Below, one piece after another: positions 52,718-64,000 of a stretch of DNA of 64,000 nt (the stretch's first letter is position 1; each line of letters starts with the position of its first letter). The notes below the pieces were generated by a model, which was not told the origin of the DNA, ran no database searches, and was given only the letters and a program-made list of their open reading frames with translations. The position numbers and the translations under genes are program-made. Source of the stretch: Octopus sinensis (lineage: Eukaryota); assembly GCF_006345805.1 (NCBI RefSeq), contig NC_043010.1:59334001-59398000 (forward strand), in the 5' to 3' direction.

Positions 52718-53982
52718 TTGGGGTCATCCCATAAATAATGCAGTTTCTTTATACTTCTTTTGTTTTTCAAAATTAAGGTAAACAAGGTTCTTTTTTAATC
52801 TAAAATATACTCTCCTTAATTTTCTACAATGCTCTTCTATCTATCTGGTAGACTTGCAAGACCCCTCTTCCAAGATTCACTTGCGCATGACAAAAAATAC
52901 TCCTCCAGTTCTGTTCTGACCTTGTTTACAGAATTCATATTTTTTCTGTCCAAATGATTTTGAGGACTGTGGAATAAATGATAATCAGACGGGGCAATGT
53001 CTGGCGAATACGGTGGGTGGGGCATCGTTTCCCATTCAAATTGCTCCAGCCTTTGGAATGTCATCCTCGCTGTATGTGGTTGAGCATTATCCTGATGGAA
53101 GAACACCTTTCATCTTGAAACCTAACATATCTGTTTTTCTTCGAGCGCTGACTTAAGCCACTCAAGCTGCTCACAACAGATCTCCTTTGTTATCATTTGA
53201 TTTGGGTTTAAAACCTAAAGTGAACTAAACCTTTCACATCCCACTGAACAGATAACAACACCTTACATAGGTGAAGACCTTCTTTAGTCTGGCATGCTGG
53301 TGTTTCTCCTTTCCCTATCCACTGTCTTCAGTGCTTGACATTTTTATAGAAAACCCATTTCTCATCACCGGTTACTATTTGGTCCAAAAAAGGTTCATTT
53401 GTGAGATGTGACAGCAAAGAAAAGCACACATTCGTCCTCTGCACATGATTAGAGGAACCCATTGACCCAATTTGCTGACTTTTCCAATGGCATGCAGGTG
53501 TTGATGAATAGTTGAATGACCAAATAAAAGCTTCTCTGCTAGTCCTTCAACAGTTACGATGTTGCAGGGTTTGCAGGACAACCTCATTGAGCTCTACAGA
53601 TCTTCTAGGATGAGGCTCGTCTTCTACGCTGTAGTTTCTGCCTTGGAATTTCTGGAACCACCGTTGACACTGGTTTATGCTTATTGTCCAATTCCCATAT
53701 TCTGCATTAATATTCCTTGCTCTTTCCATTGCATTGTTGCCTTTATTGAACTCATAAAGTAAAATATGCTAAATATGCTCCTCTGTCACTTCCATTAAAG
53801 CTTTTGAAAAAATAACTGTTAAAATCGAACTGCACTCTTTAAAACTTGCACTAAGAATAAAGAGAAGGTAAAATAATTACTACCTGCTTTTATAGCAAAT
53901 TGATGCAAGTAATTTATCCCATCCCCCTCCAACTTTTAGTTCATCAATTGAAAAAACTACATTATTTATGGTTATAACCCAA
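52718..53982 (-). mobile_element. Full-length degenerate mariner (DD34D) transposon
   Basis: TA flanks. Imperfect TIRs TTGGGGTCATCCCATAAATAATGCAGTTT and AAACTACATTATTTATGGTTATAACCCAA. Motifs GQWVP, FHQDNAQPH and HPPYSPDIAPSDYHLF. Confidence 0.92.
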
Positions 53983-54396
53983 TACAAAACCCTTTTACTA
54001 AAAATAAATGAGGTTGAATTAAAACAAGAAATTATTACTGTTATTGACTGAAGTACAATGGAAAGCAACCGAGGAAGATTTTGAAATAAAAAAATGAAAA
54101 CCATTTGCCCAACTGCTGCAATAAGAGAACCTCTACAAGTCAATTTACTGTATCTTAATTACATCATTCTGTCTTAAACCAAGACATTCTGGATTCTTGA
54201 TATGCTGTCCAGAAAAAAAAGTGAGATGATTATGGCTGGAATACCTTTGATCACAGGTCTGCTGGACTGGGGCTAAACAACAACAATCTAATCTGTTTCT
54301 AAGCCAATCTCATTACTGCAAAAGCTAGGTCACTATTACAGATTGGCAAAATTGGTAAAGCGGCAGACTAACTGCCTTGCATCATGTACCTTTATA

Positions 54397-54414
54397 TTCA
54401 CAGAACAAAGCTTA

Positions 54415-54452
<38 letters not shown>

Positions 54453-54732
54453 ATATACATCTATGCAGATATGTAAGTGTGGATGTGTATACGCATGTAT
54501 GCAAATGTAAATGTACGTGCGTAAGTGTATAAATATATGTGTATATACACCGCATACATATAATATGCATGTGTATCTATATGATATCTATATATACAAA
54601 CATACATATATGTGTGTTGTGTATGTATAGATGTTTGTGTGTGTATATACATGTGTACTATGTATTTGTGTGTGTGTGTGTACACACACACATATATATG
54701 TATGAATATGTGTATATATACATGTATGTATA

Positions 54733-54750
<18 letters not shown>
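54397..54750 (+). repeat. ~350-bp low-complexity segment duplicated directly at 56418-56785
   Basis: Both copies start TTCACAGAACAAAGCTTAGACAT and share irregular internal words (CATCTATGCAGATATGTAAGTGTGGATG, TACACCGCATAC). Offset is 2021 bp. Confidence 0.9.
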
Positions 54751-54782
<32 letters not shown>

Positions 54783-55296
54783 TATATATATACACACACA
54801 TATATATATACAAGCCACGCAAATATAGTTTCAAATCTTGCTGAGAAAAAAACTTTGCCTTCCATCCATGCACAATAATATAAGTATGAGTTTAGTACTA
54901 AAGTTGATTGAATCCTACCCATCTTCCCACATTTGCGATCTCGTACCTATGTTAGAAATCAATATTAAACACATTTAAGTTTGAATATAGAAGTACGCAG
55001 TTATTCCTGTGCAAGAGAGTTGCTGAAAATCAAGTGAGCTGCTGCTGCTGCTGCTCTGATACTTTCTCTAACTACAATATTCAATCATCAATACCACATC
55101 GACAACATCATCACTATTCTCCATGTCTGCTTTTTGCATTCTGGCATAAGTTGTTGTATGGGGTTGAGAATAGGTTCCATAGTAGTAACCACCTTAGCAG
55201 AGAATGCTCGGAAACTACTACAAATGGAAATTTTGGCATTGGGTGGGGAGAGGGGGAGTTTCTTGCACAGTCAACATCATCATCATCATCATCATC

Positions 55297-55313
<17 letters not shown>

Positions 55314-55328
<15 letters not shown>

Positions 55329-55415
55329 AAGCAGCAGCAGTGTATTTTTGCTTTCATATGAAGAGATTCCTACGAAAGCAAAAATACACTGCTGCTGCTT
55401 ATGATGATGATGATG
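55314..55415. repeat. Perfect 42-bp-arm hairpin with 18-nt loop
   Basis: (CAT)n-AAGCAGCAGCAGTGTATTTTTGCTTTC ending 55355 pairs with GAAAGCAAAAATACACTGCTGCTGCTT-(ATG)n from 55374. Confidence 0.9.
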
Positions 55416-55981
55416 GTGGTGGCGGTGGTGGTGGTGGTGGTGGTGGTGGTAGCGGCAGCGGTGGTGATGATGATGATGATAATGATGATAATGATGAGGA
55501 GGAGGAAGAGAAAAAATATTGATATAAATGTTGGTAATTATATTCAAGATTTGAAGCGTCAACGTTTGCCAAGTGGAAAGCTTATCGTGTGATGTTTGTT
55601 GCTGTGAGAATTCTCAATGAATCTCAAAGTGTCTCGTGACTGCAACTACAGAACACTTTTCACTGCCACAACCGCATCAATGAACAGAACACGCCTGTCC
55701 TTGAAAATCATTATTACACTTTGTTGTAGCCGACTACCTTAGTAGCCAGCTCTCAACTGCTGCAGCCCGACAGTGATGAAGGCCGGTGGGGGTGGGGTGG
55801 GGGAGACACACGTCCGTAGTCTCTCTCCATCTCTCTCTCCCTCCCCCTCTCTAAATGCTAAGCAAATCCCTCTCTTGCCTGGTTAGGAGATATATTTATT
55901 TTTGTAGTAGTTTCCTTCTCTCACTCCATCACACACATTCAGAGACCACAAACCTAGTCATATTGTCCACAGCTTGCTTAT

Positions 55982-56034
<53 letters not shown>

Positions 56035-56269
56035 GTATAAGTATGTATATGCACACACACACATGCATGCATGCATGCATGCACACACACTGAGGAAAAG
56101 AAGGAAACAAACACTGAGAGAGCTTTTAGCTGTCTCCCGATGAACATAAATAGTAGTAGAAGTCGTAGTAGTGGTAGTAGTAGTAGTCTGCCAGCTGAGC
56201 TTGATCTCAGCTTCATTAGGCATGAAATATGCTTCGATTTCTGACATCCACGATCTCTCTCTCTCTCTC

Positions 56270-56327
<58 letters not shown>

Positions 56328-56333
56328 ACTTAC

Positions 56334-56411
56334 CATTCACACTGATGCCAGAATAAACCATTGTCATTTTCAATATCTTAGCAAATAATAGAATCTATAA
56401 TTTCTTTCTAT
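56334..56411 (-). other. Candidate 78-nt exon of an unidentified minus-strand transcript
   Basis: Acceptor CTTTGTTCTGTGAACTGCAG| and perfect donor ATG|GTAAGT followed by (GA)n. All three frames contain a stop, so it would be a UTR or start exon (possible MTMVYSGISVN). Confidence 0.35.
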
Positions 56412-56969
56412 CTGCAGTTCACAGAACAAAGCTTAGACATATATATATATATGTATATGTATATAATATGCATCTATGCAGATATGTAAGTGTGGATGTG
56501 TGTATGCATGTATGCAAATGTAAATGTGCGTGCGTAGGTGTATAAATATATGTGTATATACACCGCATACGTATAATATGCATGTGTATCTATATGATAT
56601 CTTCATATACAAACATACATATATGTGTGTTGTGTATATATAGATGTTTGTGTGTGTATATACATGTGTATTATGTATTTGTGTGTGTGTGTGTGTGTAC
56701 TCACACACATATATGTATGAATATGTATGTGTATATATGTGTGTGTGTGTATATATAGATGTATGTATACTTATATATATATATGCCTATATATTATATA
56801 CTTATATGTATATAGATATGTATATGTATATATATATACATATATATATGCATATATATTATATATGTGTGTGTATATATATATATATACATACATATAT
56901 ATATGCATATATATTATATTTGTGTATACATATATACATACATACATATATATATGCATATATATTATA

Positions 56970-57015
<46 letters not shown>

Positions 57016-57189
57016 TATATAATATATACTTATATGTATATGTATATGTACATATATGTATATGTGGGTGCGTGCTTGTGTCTGTGTGTGCATGTCAGTG
57101 TGTGCGTGCCTGTGTGTGCGTGTCTGTGTGTGCTTGTGTCTGTGTGTGCTTGTGTCTGTGCACGTGCATGTGTATGTGTGTGTGTGTGA

Positions 57190-57600
57190 AATGTCTCATG
57201 TGATTCTACTGGCAATGTTTGCGTAATATGCTGAAGATCTCGTACATGATATGAAAGCATTGCAGCTGGTGGAAAAGATGAGTATCATGTCCCTGATCAC
57301 GAAGCTCCAGCTTGGGCGGTCTGGTAATCTTCTTCACTTAGAGGAGACGACATGCATCTCAAAACTGGTGCCGTATGGTGAGCTGCAGCAAGGAAAACAC
57401 TCCTAGTGCAAGCCACGCAAGTATATCACCAGCAACCTTAAAGATACACTTAAAACGATCGATATCGATGCTAGCACCTGGGCAAACCTTGCATCAGGTG
57501 AAGCATTGTGAAGGAATCTGGTTGCTTGGTGTTAACGGATGCAAGAACAACAGTGTGGCATACACCAAGTTGTAATGGTAAGTATATGGGAGGACACAAA
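57190..57600 (+). mobile_element. RTE-like LINE 3' fragment
   Basis: QLGRSGNLLHLEE...KLVPYGELQQG resembles the fragment at 49591-49776. Confidence 0.5.
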
Positions 57601-57991
57601 AGAGTCTCTTTCATGAGACAGGTGTGGTCATGCCTGGTACTTAAAGGTAGGTATACTCAGCCATAAATGTAGTCATAGAGACTACACCATCCCACCATTC
57701 ATCCAGCATGATCTCTCATGCAATTTCTGTAATAAAACGTGTAGGTCTCACTCAGTGGACTCACTCAGCATTATCAATCCCAACATTTTGAATAATCAGG
57801 CTGCAACTGCTGGGAAACTGACTCGGAATCAATGTGAAATGACTTGCGAGTCCCTCGCAGGTTTTAAGAGTCATAAACGAGATGTCAGCAGCAAGAAGAA
57901 AACCAAATGCAAAGTGCTTCAGAGAATGAAATGAGTTTAAGATGTGAGCTTAGTCACAATTCAATTCCCACTATCTATCTATCTATCTATC

Positions 57992-58034
<43 letters not shown>

Positions 58035-58105
58035 AAATATCAAGTATATGATTTAACTTATTAAACAGTCCAACAAAGGATGAACTCACATTCAACCTTT
58101 TAAAA

Positions 58106-58167
<62 letters not shown>

Positions 58168-58262
58168 ATCAAGTATATGATTTAACTTATTAAACAGTCC
58201 AACAAAGGATGAACTCACATTCAACCTTTTAAAAAAAAAAAAATATATATATATATATATAT
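57992..58262. repeat. Tandem duplication of a ~129-bp unit bounded by TA/TG microsatellites
   Basis: AAATATCAAGTATATG...CAACCTTTTAAAA is identical at 58035 and 58164. Confidence 0.9.
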
Positions 58263-58519
58263 AAATGTATATATAGTATATAAACTTATATATATATATA
58301 TTCTTTTTATTCTTTTACTTGTTTCAGTCATTTGACTGTGGCCATCCTGGAGCACTGACTTTAGTCGAGCAATTCGACCCCAAGACTTATTCTTTGTAAG
58401 CCTAGTACTTATTCTATCAGTCTCTTTTGTCGAACCACTAAGTTACAGAGACATAAACACACCAACACCAGTTGTCAAGTGGTGGTGGTGGTGGTGGGAC
58501 ACACACACACACACACATG

Positions 58520-58812
58520 ATACGGTGAATAAATTGTCGTCTAAATTATGCAAAAAAGTAAATAACACTGGTATCTCATTTTAACAGATATATTTACCAT
58601 AAAATATCTTGAAGTACTAAAGAGTAAATTTATTCAATAAAATCGCCCTTGGCTTCAACCACAGCCTCCAGACAATTTTGGAATCCCCAGCAACTCTTCT
58701 GGATGGTCTCCTTGTTTAAGTTGGTCAAGGCTGCCATAATCCTTGCCTTTAGTTCATCTTTGGTGTTACAAGGAGTTTTGTTGGCCTCTCCCTCAACTGA
58801 GCCACACACATA
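58520..58812 (-). mobile_element. Tc1/maT-like transposon 3' end fragment
   Basis: YVCGSVE..ANKTPCNTKDELKARI...CLEAVVEAKGDFIE*. Confidence 0.7.
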
Positions 58813-58814
58813 AG

Positions 58815-59720
58815 TCTTAGTAAGTAAGAAGGCAAACAAATCACAAATCCCTTCTGGAAATAGCCCTGCTCGATCTGTAGAAAAGGCATAGGTAGAAACT
58901 AAATAAGATGTACCCAGTGTAAGCTATGGACACATAAGAGGTGCAGCAATATCAAAAGAAGGCTAACTGAGAAGACAGTTTTTGTGTGTGGCAGGTACAC
59001 AGTGGTAATAAACACCAAAGATGTACAGAAAACAGATTCCATCAGATGCCAGGGAGAAATACTAGAAGTAGTCGATAGTTTCTGTTACCTAGGTGACCAA
59101 GTCAGTAGCAGGGGTGAATGCTCTGAGAGCGTAGCAGCTAGAATAAGAATAGCCTGGGTGAAGTTCAGAGAGCTCCTACCTCTGCTGGTGACAAAAGGCC
59201 TTTCACTCAGAGTTAAAGGTAGATTGTATGATGAATGTGTGCAAACAGCCATGCTATATGGCAGTGAAACATGGGTTGTGACTGCTGAGGACATGCGTAA
59301 GCTTGCAAGAAATAAAGCTAGTATGCTCAGCTGGATGTATAATGTCGGTGTGCATACAAGACAGAATGTAAGTGCCCTGAGAGAAAAGTTGGACATGTGA
59401 AGCATCAGATGTGGTGTGCAAGAGAGATGACTGCACTGGTATGGACATGTGTTGCAAATGAATGAGGACAGCTGTGTGAAGAAACGTCACACCCTAACAG
59501 TGGAGGGAACCCGTAGAAGAAGTAGATTCAGGAAGAAATGGGATGAGGTGGTGAAGCACGACCTTTGAATATTAGGCCTCACGGAGGCAATAACAAGCAA
59601 CCAAGACCTTTGGAGATACGCAAGACCCGGCAAACCAAGTGAGATAGTAGCCATGTAGCATAACCGGCCTGTTTAAAAGTACCTTTCAATCATCAGGCAA
59701 TATGCTGTGCTTGAGAAGAC
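58815..59720 (+). mobile_element. RTE-clade LINE, 5'-truncated
   Basis: ORF 58984..59400 (EVVDSFCYLGD...ARIRIAWVKFRELLP...MLYGSETW). Same family as 6650-9250. Confidence 0.88.
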
Positions 59721-59729
59721 TATTAGAGC

Positions 59730-61690
59730 AAAGCAACAGGCTTGAAAGGACTGGAAGAATGGTGGTAGCAGAGGACTATATCAGGTAGCTAGGAGGTAGG
59801 TTAGAAGACAGGTATACCTGGCCAAGGGAGAAGCAGAAAGAAGGAAGTTTTGCCAACATTCTGTGACATGAGGACCAAAGGCTTGAAGTGTTTTAGACTG
59901 CAAGACAGTGAATCAGAGAAAATAATGATACAGTAGGAGAGAACTGTATTTGGATGGATGATAGCTCACTTGCAGTTAGGGATTCAGTAAAGAAGGAAGC
60001 TAGGAAGTACCACTATGAAAGGTTGCTAAATGTAGAGAATGCGTGGGAGGAGAGCCTACCTAATGTGGACCCAACAGAGAATTTGGCTATTTGAATCAAC
60101 AGTAGCTAAATATATAAAGCAATTAAGGATATGAAGACGAGGAAAGCCTCTGGCCCATCAGGAATAACCATTGAGATGCTTAAAAATATCTGGCAGAGTG
60201 GGATATGACCTGGTCACCTGTAGAGTTAATCAGGTTGTCTATGAGGGGGTCATACCCAATGGTTGAGGTAGCAGCATTATAGTCAACTGCTACAAAAGCA
60301 AAGGTGATGCCTTAGACAGGCATAGATGACATGCAGTTTGGATTTATGCCAGGGAGAAGCACCACTGATGCTCTCTTCCTGGTGAGGCAACTACAGGAGA
60401 AATGCTTGGCCAAAAATAAACCTCTGTATCTGGCTTTTGTTGTCATAGAGAAATCCTTTGAGAGGGTCCCCTGCTCCCTTATCTGATAGGCAATGCAGAA
60501 GCTAAAGATAGATGAGTGGTTAGTGAGAGCTGTAAAAGCTTTGTACAAGGATACTGTTTGTAAGATGAGAGTTGCCAATAAGTATAGCAAGGAGTTTAGT
60601 GTATAAATAGGAGTCCACCAGGGATTGGTTTCTTAGTCCCCGCTTGTTTATCATGGTTCTCCAAGCTATAATAGGAATTCAAAACTGGCTGCCTTTGAGA
60701 GCTCCTCTCCATTGTTGACCTTGTTCTTATAACTGAATCATTACCAAAACTGGAGAAGAAATTTCAGGTATGGAAGCAAGGTCTGGAATCAAAGGTCCTT
60801 AGAGTTAATTTAGCAAAGACCAAGTATCGATAAGTACAAAAAAAAATCACAGATCCCTTCAGGGAGATGGTTCTGCTCAATATGCAGAAAAGGTTTCAGG
60901 AGAAACTCCACAAGATGTACCCAGTGCAAGCTATGGACACATAAGAGGTGCAGTGGTATCACTGGACACTAACAGAGAAAGTGGTCTTTACATGTGGCAA
61001 ATGTGCAAGTACATTAAACACCAGGAATGTACAAAAAACAGACTCCCTCAAATGTCATAGTAGTGACATAGAAGTAGTGGACAGTTTCTGTTACTTAGGT
61101 GACCAAGTTAGAAGTGGTGGGGGGAGGTTGTTCCAAAAGCATTGCTGCTAGAATAAAACTAGATGGGCAAAGTACAGAGAGCTACAGCCTCTGATAGTAA
61201 CAAAGGGTGTCTTCCGCAGAATGAAAAGCAGGCTGTATGATGCTTGTGTACAAACAGCTATGCTACATGGCAGTGAGACATGGACCATGACGGCTGAGGA
61301 TATGTTAAAACTTGAAAGAAATGAAGCCAGTATGCTCTGCTGGATGGGTAGTGTCAGTGTGCATATACAAAAGAGTGTAAAGGATTTGAGAGAAAAACTG
61401 GGTATACGAGGCATCAGATGTAGTGTGCAAGAGAGAAGACTGCACTGGTATAGTCATGTAATGTGTATGAATGAAAGCAGCTGTATCAAGAGGTGCTGAT
61501 CTCTAATTGTAGAGGGAACATGTGGAAGGGGTAGACCCAGGAAGATGTGGGACAAAGTGGTGAAAAAGGACCTACAGATGTTGGGGCTCACAGAGGGGAT
61601 GATAGGGGACCAAGACTCCTGGCAGTTTGCTGTGCTTGAAAAGATATGTCAAACTAAGTAAAAGTGTGGTTGTTCTTCCATACAGGCTGT
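59730..61690 (+). mobile_element. RTE-clade LINE, frameshifted RT region
   Basis: MQFGFMPGRSTTDALFLVRQLQEK at ~60332, MLHGSETW and RRLHWYSHVM. Confidence 0.88.
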
Positions 61691-63204
61691 CCTCTGCATC
61701 CCTATCCCGCTGGGTATTCCTAACCTTGCAGGTTCATGGGTGCTGGTGCCACATAAAAAGCACCTGTACCAGTACCACATAAATGCACCCATGTTGGTGC
61801 TGTGTTAAAGCACCCAGTACACTCATCAAAATAGGGCAGTGACCTGGCAGAATCGTTGGCACGCCAAGCAAAATGCTTAGCAGTATTTTGTCTGCCGTTA
61901 CGTTCTGATTTCAAATTCCACTGAGGTCTACTTTGCCTTTCATCCTTTCGGGGCCAATCAAATAAGTATCAGTTAAACCCTGGGATCGAGGTAATCAACT
62001 TTGTCTGTCTTTGTTTATCCTCTCCATATTTAGCCCACTTGTGGGCAAAAAAGAAATAATTAAAATGGTTGGCATTAGGAAGGGCATCCAGCTGTAGAAA
62101 CCATACAAAACAGACATGGAACCTGGGCAGCTGCCCAGCTCCTGTCAAATATTCCAACCGATGCCAGCATGGATAACAGACATTAAATGATGATGATGAT
62201 CTCACACACACATTTTGAACATTTTACAGTGGTGTTTATTTTTGTATCAGAAAATATTAGTCAGAATTTAAAGAGTGAATAAAATTTCCCCACCCCTATT
62301 CCTGACCTATATATAAAATGGAAGCAATGGTAGTGACTTGGTCAAGATGAATATTTAATGTATCTGCAATCAATCTCACATCTATATATTTTTCGTAAAT
62401 GGATTTTGGCAAAATTGGTAAACAAACAAATATATATTGTTGTTTGTTTGAAATAATCAATAAATTAGTCAGAGGATTTCTAAGTGACAAAAAAAATTTC
62501 TGAAATGCTTAACAGTGAATTATCATAAATATATTCTCATCCCCCTCACAAAATGAACAACACAACAAAACTTGAGGAGGAAGCAGGGTCCAGGAAATAT
62601 GGACGTAAATAAAAGGCAAATGACTTATTCAAATTATGACAATATATTCCTTTGGAAAATAGTTCCCCCTATGCACAAATATGTGCACACATATGCATAA
62701 TTCATACTCATACACACACACACACATAGATACAGATATACAAATCTATCTGTATCTATCTAGCTATCATCATCATCATTGTTTAACATCCGCTTTCACA
62801 TGCTAGCATGGGTTGGATGATTTGACGGAGGGCTGGCAAGCCAGGAGGCTGTACCAGGCTCCAATCTGATCTGGCAAAGTTTCTACACCTGGATGCCCTT
62901 CCTAATGCCAACCACTCCGAGGATGTAGTGGGTGCTTTTATATGTCACTTGCACGAGGGCCAGTCAGGTGGTACTGGCATCAACAATGCTCAAATGGAGC
63001 TTTTTATGTGCCACCAGTACAGGAGCCAGTCCGACGGCTCTGGCAATGACCATGCTCGAATGGTGTTTTTTACATGCCATTGGCATGGGAGCCAGTCAGT
63101 GGCTCTGGCAACAATCTATTTATATATATATTTATATATATAATATATGTATATTTTCTTATAAGATAATATACATAGATTCATTTAATTATTTTATTGT
63201 TTTT

Positions 63205-63295
63205 ATCTTGTACCTGATGAGTGACAATATTTAAATTGAATTGATTTTAGTGTAATCAGTTTGAAAATATAGCCACGAAACACGTGTAGTCTATT
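63205..63295 (+). ncRNA. Hammerhead-ribozyme-like motif (Penelope-type remnant)
   Basis: CTGATGA at 63214-63220, stem II closed by GTG/CAC, GAAAC at 63277-63281, palindromic ACACGTGT helix III, GTA triplet at 63286-63288. Helix I is weak. Confidence 0.6.
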
Positions 63296-63522
63296 TACTA
63301 ATTATATAATATTTATTTATTATTTCGTACTTTATTTAGTTCTAGGTAAACGTTTTATCGTATCTTTATTTTTTTCAATATTGTATGATTTAAGTATATC
63401 ATTATTGAATTGCTACATGATGGTTCTTCTCTAATTTATATATATATATTATATATTGTGAAATTTGATTTAGTATTACTAAATTGAATTTTTCCCTGTA
63501 AGTTTGGAATCATATTCCCTAA

Positions 63523-63612
<90 letters not shown>

Positions 63613-63709
63613 ATAAAACTGCTCTCAACTTAACTCTAACAAAATGATGCAGGTAACCAACAATGTATTAAACTTCATTTTCCTTCTGATGATTTAGTAT
63701 TATAAGGTT

Positions 63710-64000
63710 ATTATGCAATCGTCTATATAACAGGTGCAGTTCGATTTTAACAGTTATTTTTTCAAAGCTATAACGGAAGTGACAAAGGAGCATATTCAGC
63801 AACAGAAAGTGCAAGAAATATTACCACAGTATATGGGGATCGGACAATAAGTGTAAGCCAGTGTTAAAGGTGATTCCAGAAATTCCAAGTCGGAAACTAC
63901 ATCCTAGAAGATGAGCCCCATCTTAGAAGATTTGTAGAGCTCGACAAGGACATCCTGCAAACCTTGATGGAACCAAATCCCATCGTAACTGTTGAGAACT
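63710..64000 (+). mobile_element. Mariner 5' part, same family as 52718-53982, runs off the window
   Basis: GTGCAGTTCGATTTTAACAGTTATTTTT..GGAAGTGACA is the reverse complement of ~53785-53835. Encodes YGDRTISVSQC..FQKF..GNY.LEDEP. Confidence 0.8.

Noticed and set aside
55034-55592. Poly-His, poly-Met and poly-Gly ORFs
   Set aside because: They are products of trinucleotide repeats in the hairpin, with no domain or splice support.

Overview
AT-rich animal genomic DNA. The repeat content and gene type point to a coleoid cephalopod, most likely Octopus (inference). The first ~32 kb is a head-to-tail array of protocadherin genes on the + strand, about 10 kb per unit. Each unit has a putative non-coding 5' exon, one large exon (signal peptide, EC1-EC6, TM, proximal tail) and two small private cytoplasmic exons. 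Unit A is cut by the window start, unit C is intact (871 aa when spliced), and units B and D are pseudogenes. A heavily decayed fifth copy probably lies at ~41.8-43 kb. The EC4/EC6-to-juxtamembrane part of the large exon is about 99% identical among A-D, including the pseudogenes, while EC1-EC3, the introns and the tail exons are strongly diverged. This looks like a constant region maintained by gene conversion. The rest of the window is mostly transposon debris (RTE, CR1 and REL-type LINEs, mariner/maT, hAT and piggyBac MITEs, several SINE families) and microsatellites. It also holds five hammerhead-ribozyme-like motifs of Penelope type, several fold-back palindromes, and a CpG-rich island with a candidate minus-strand exon near 55-56.4 kb. 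All alignments and counts were made by eye.
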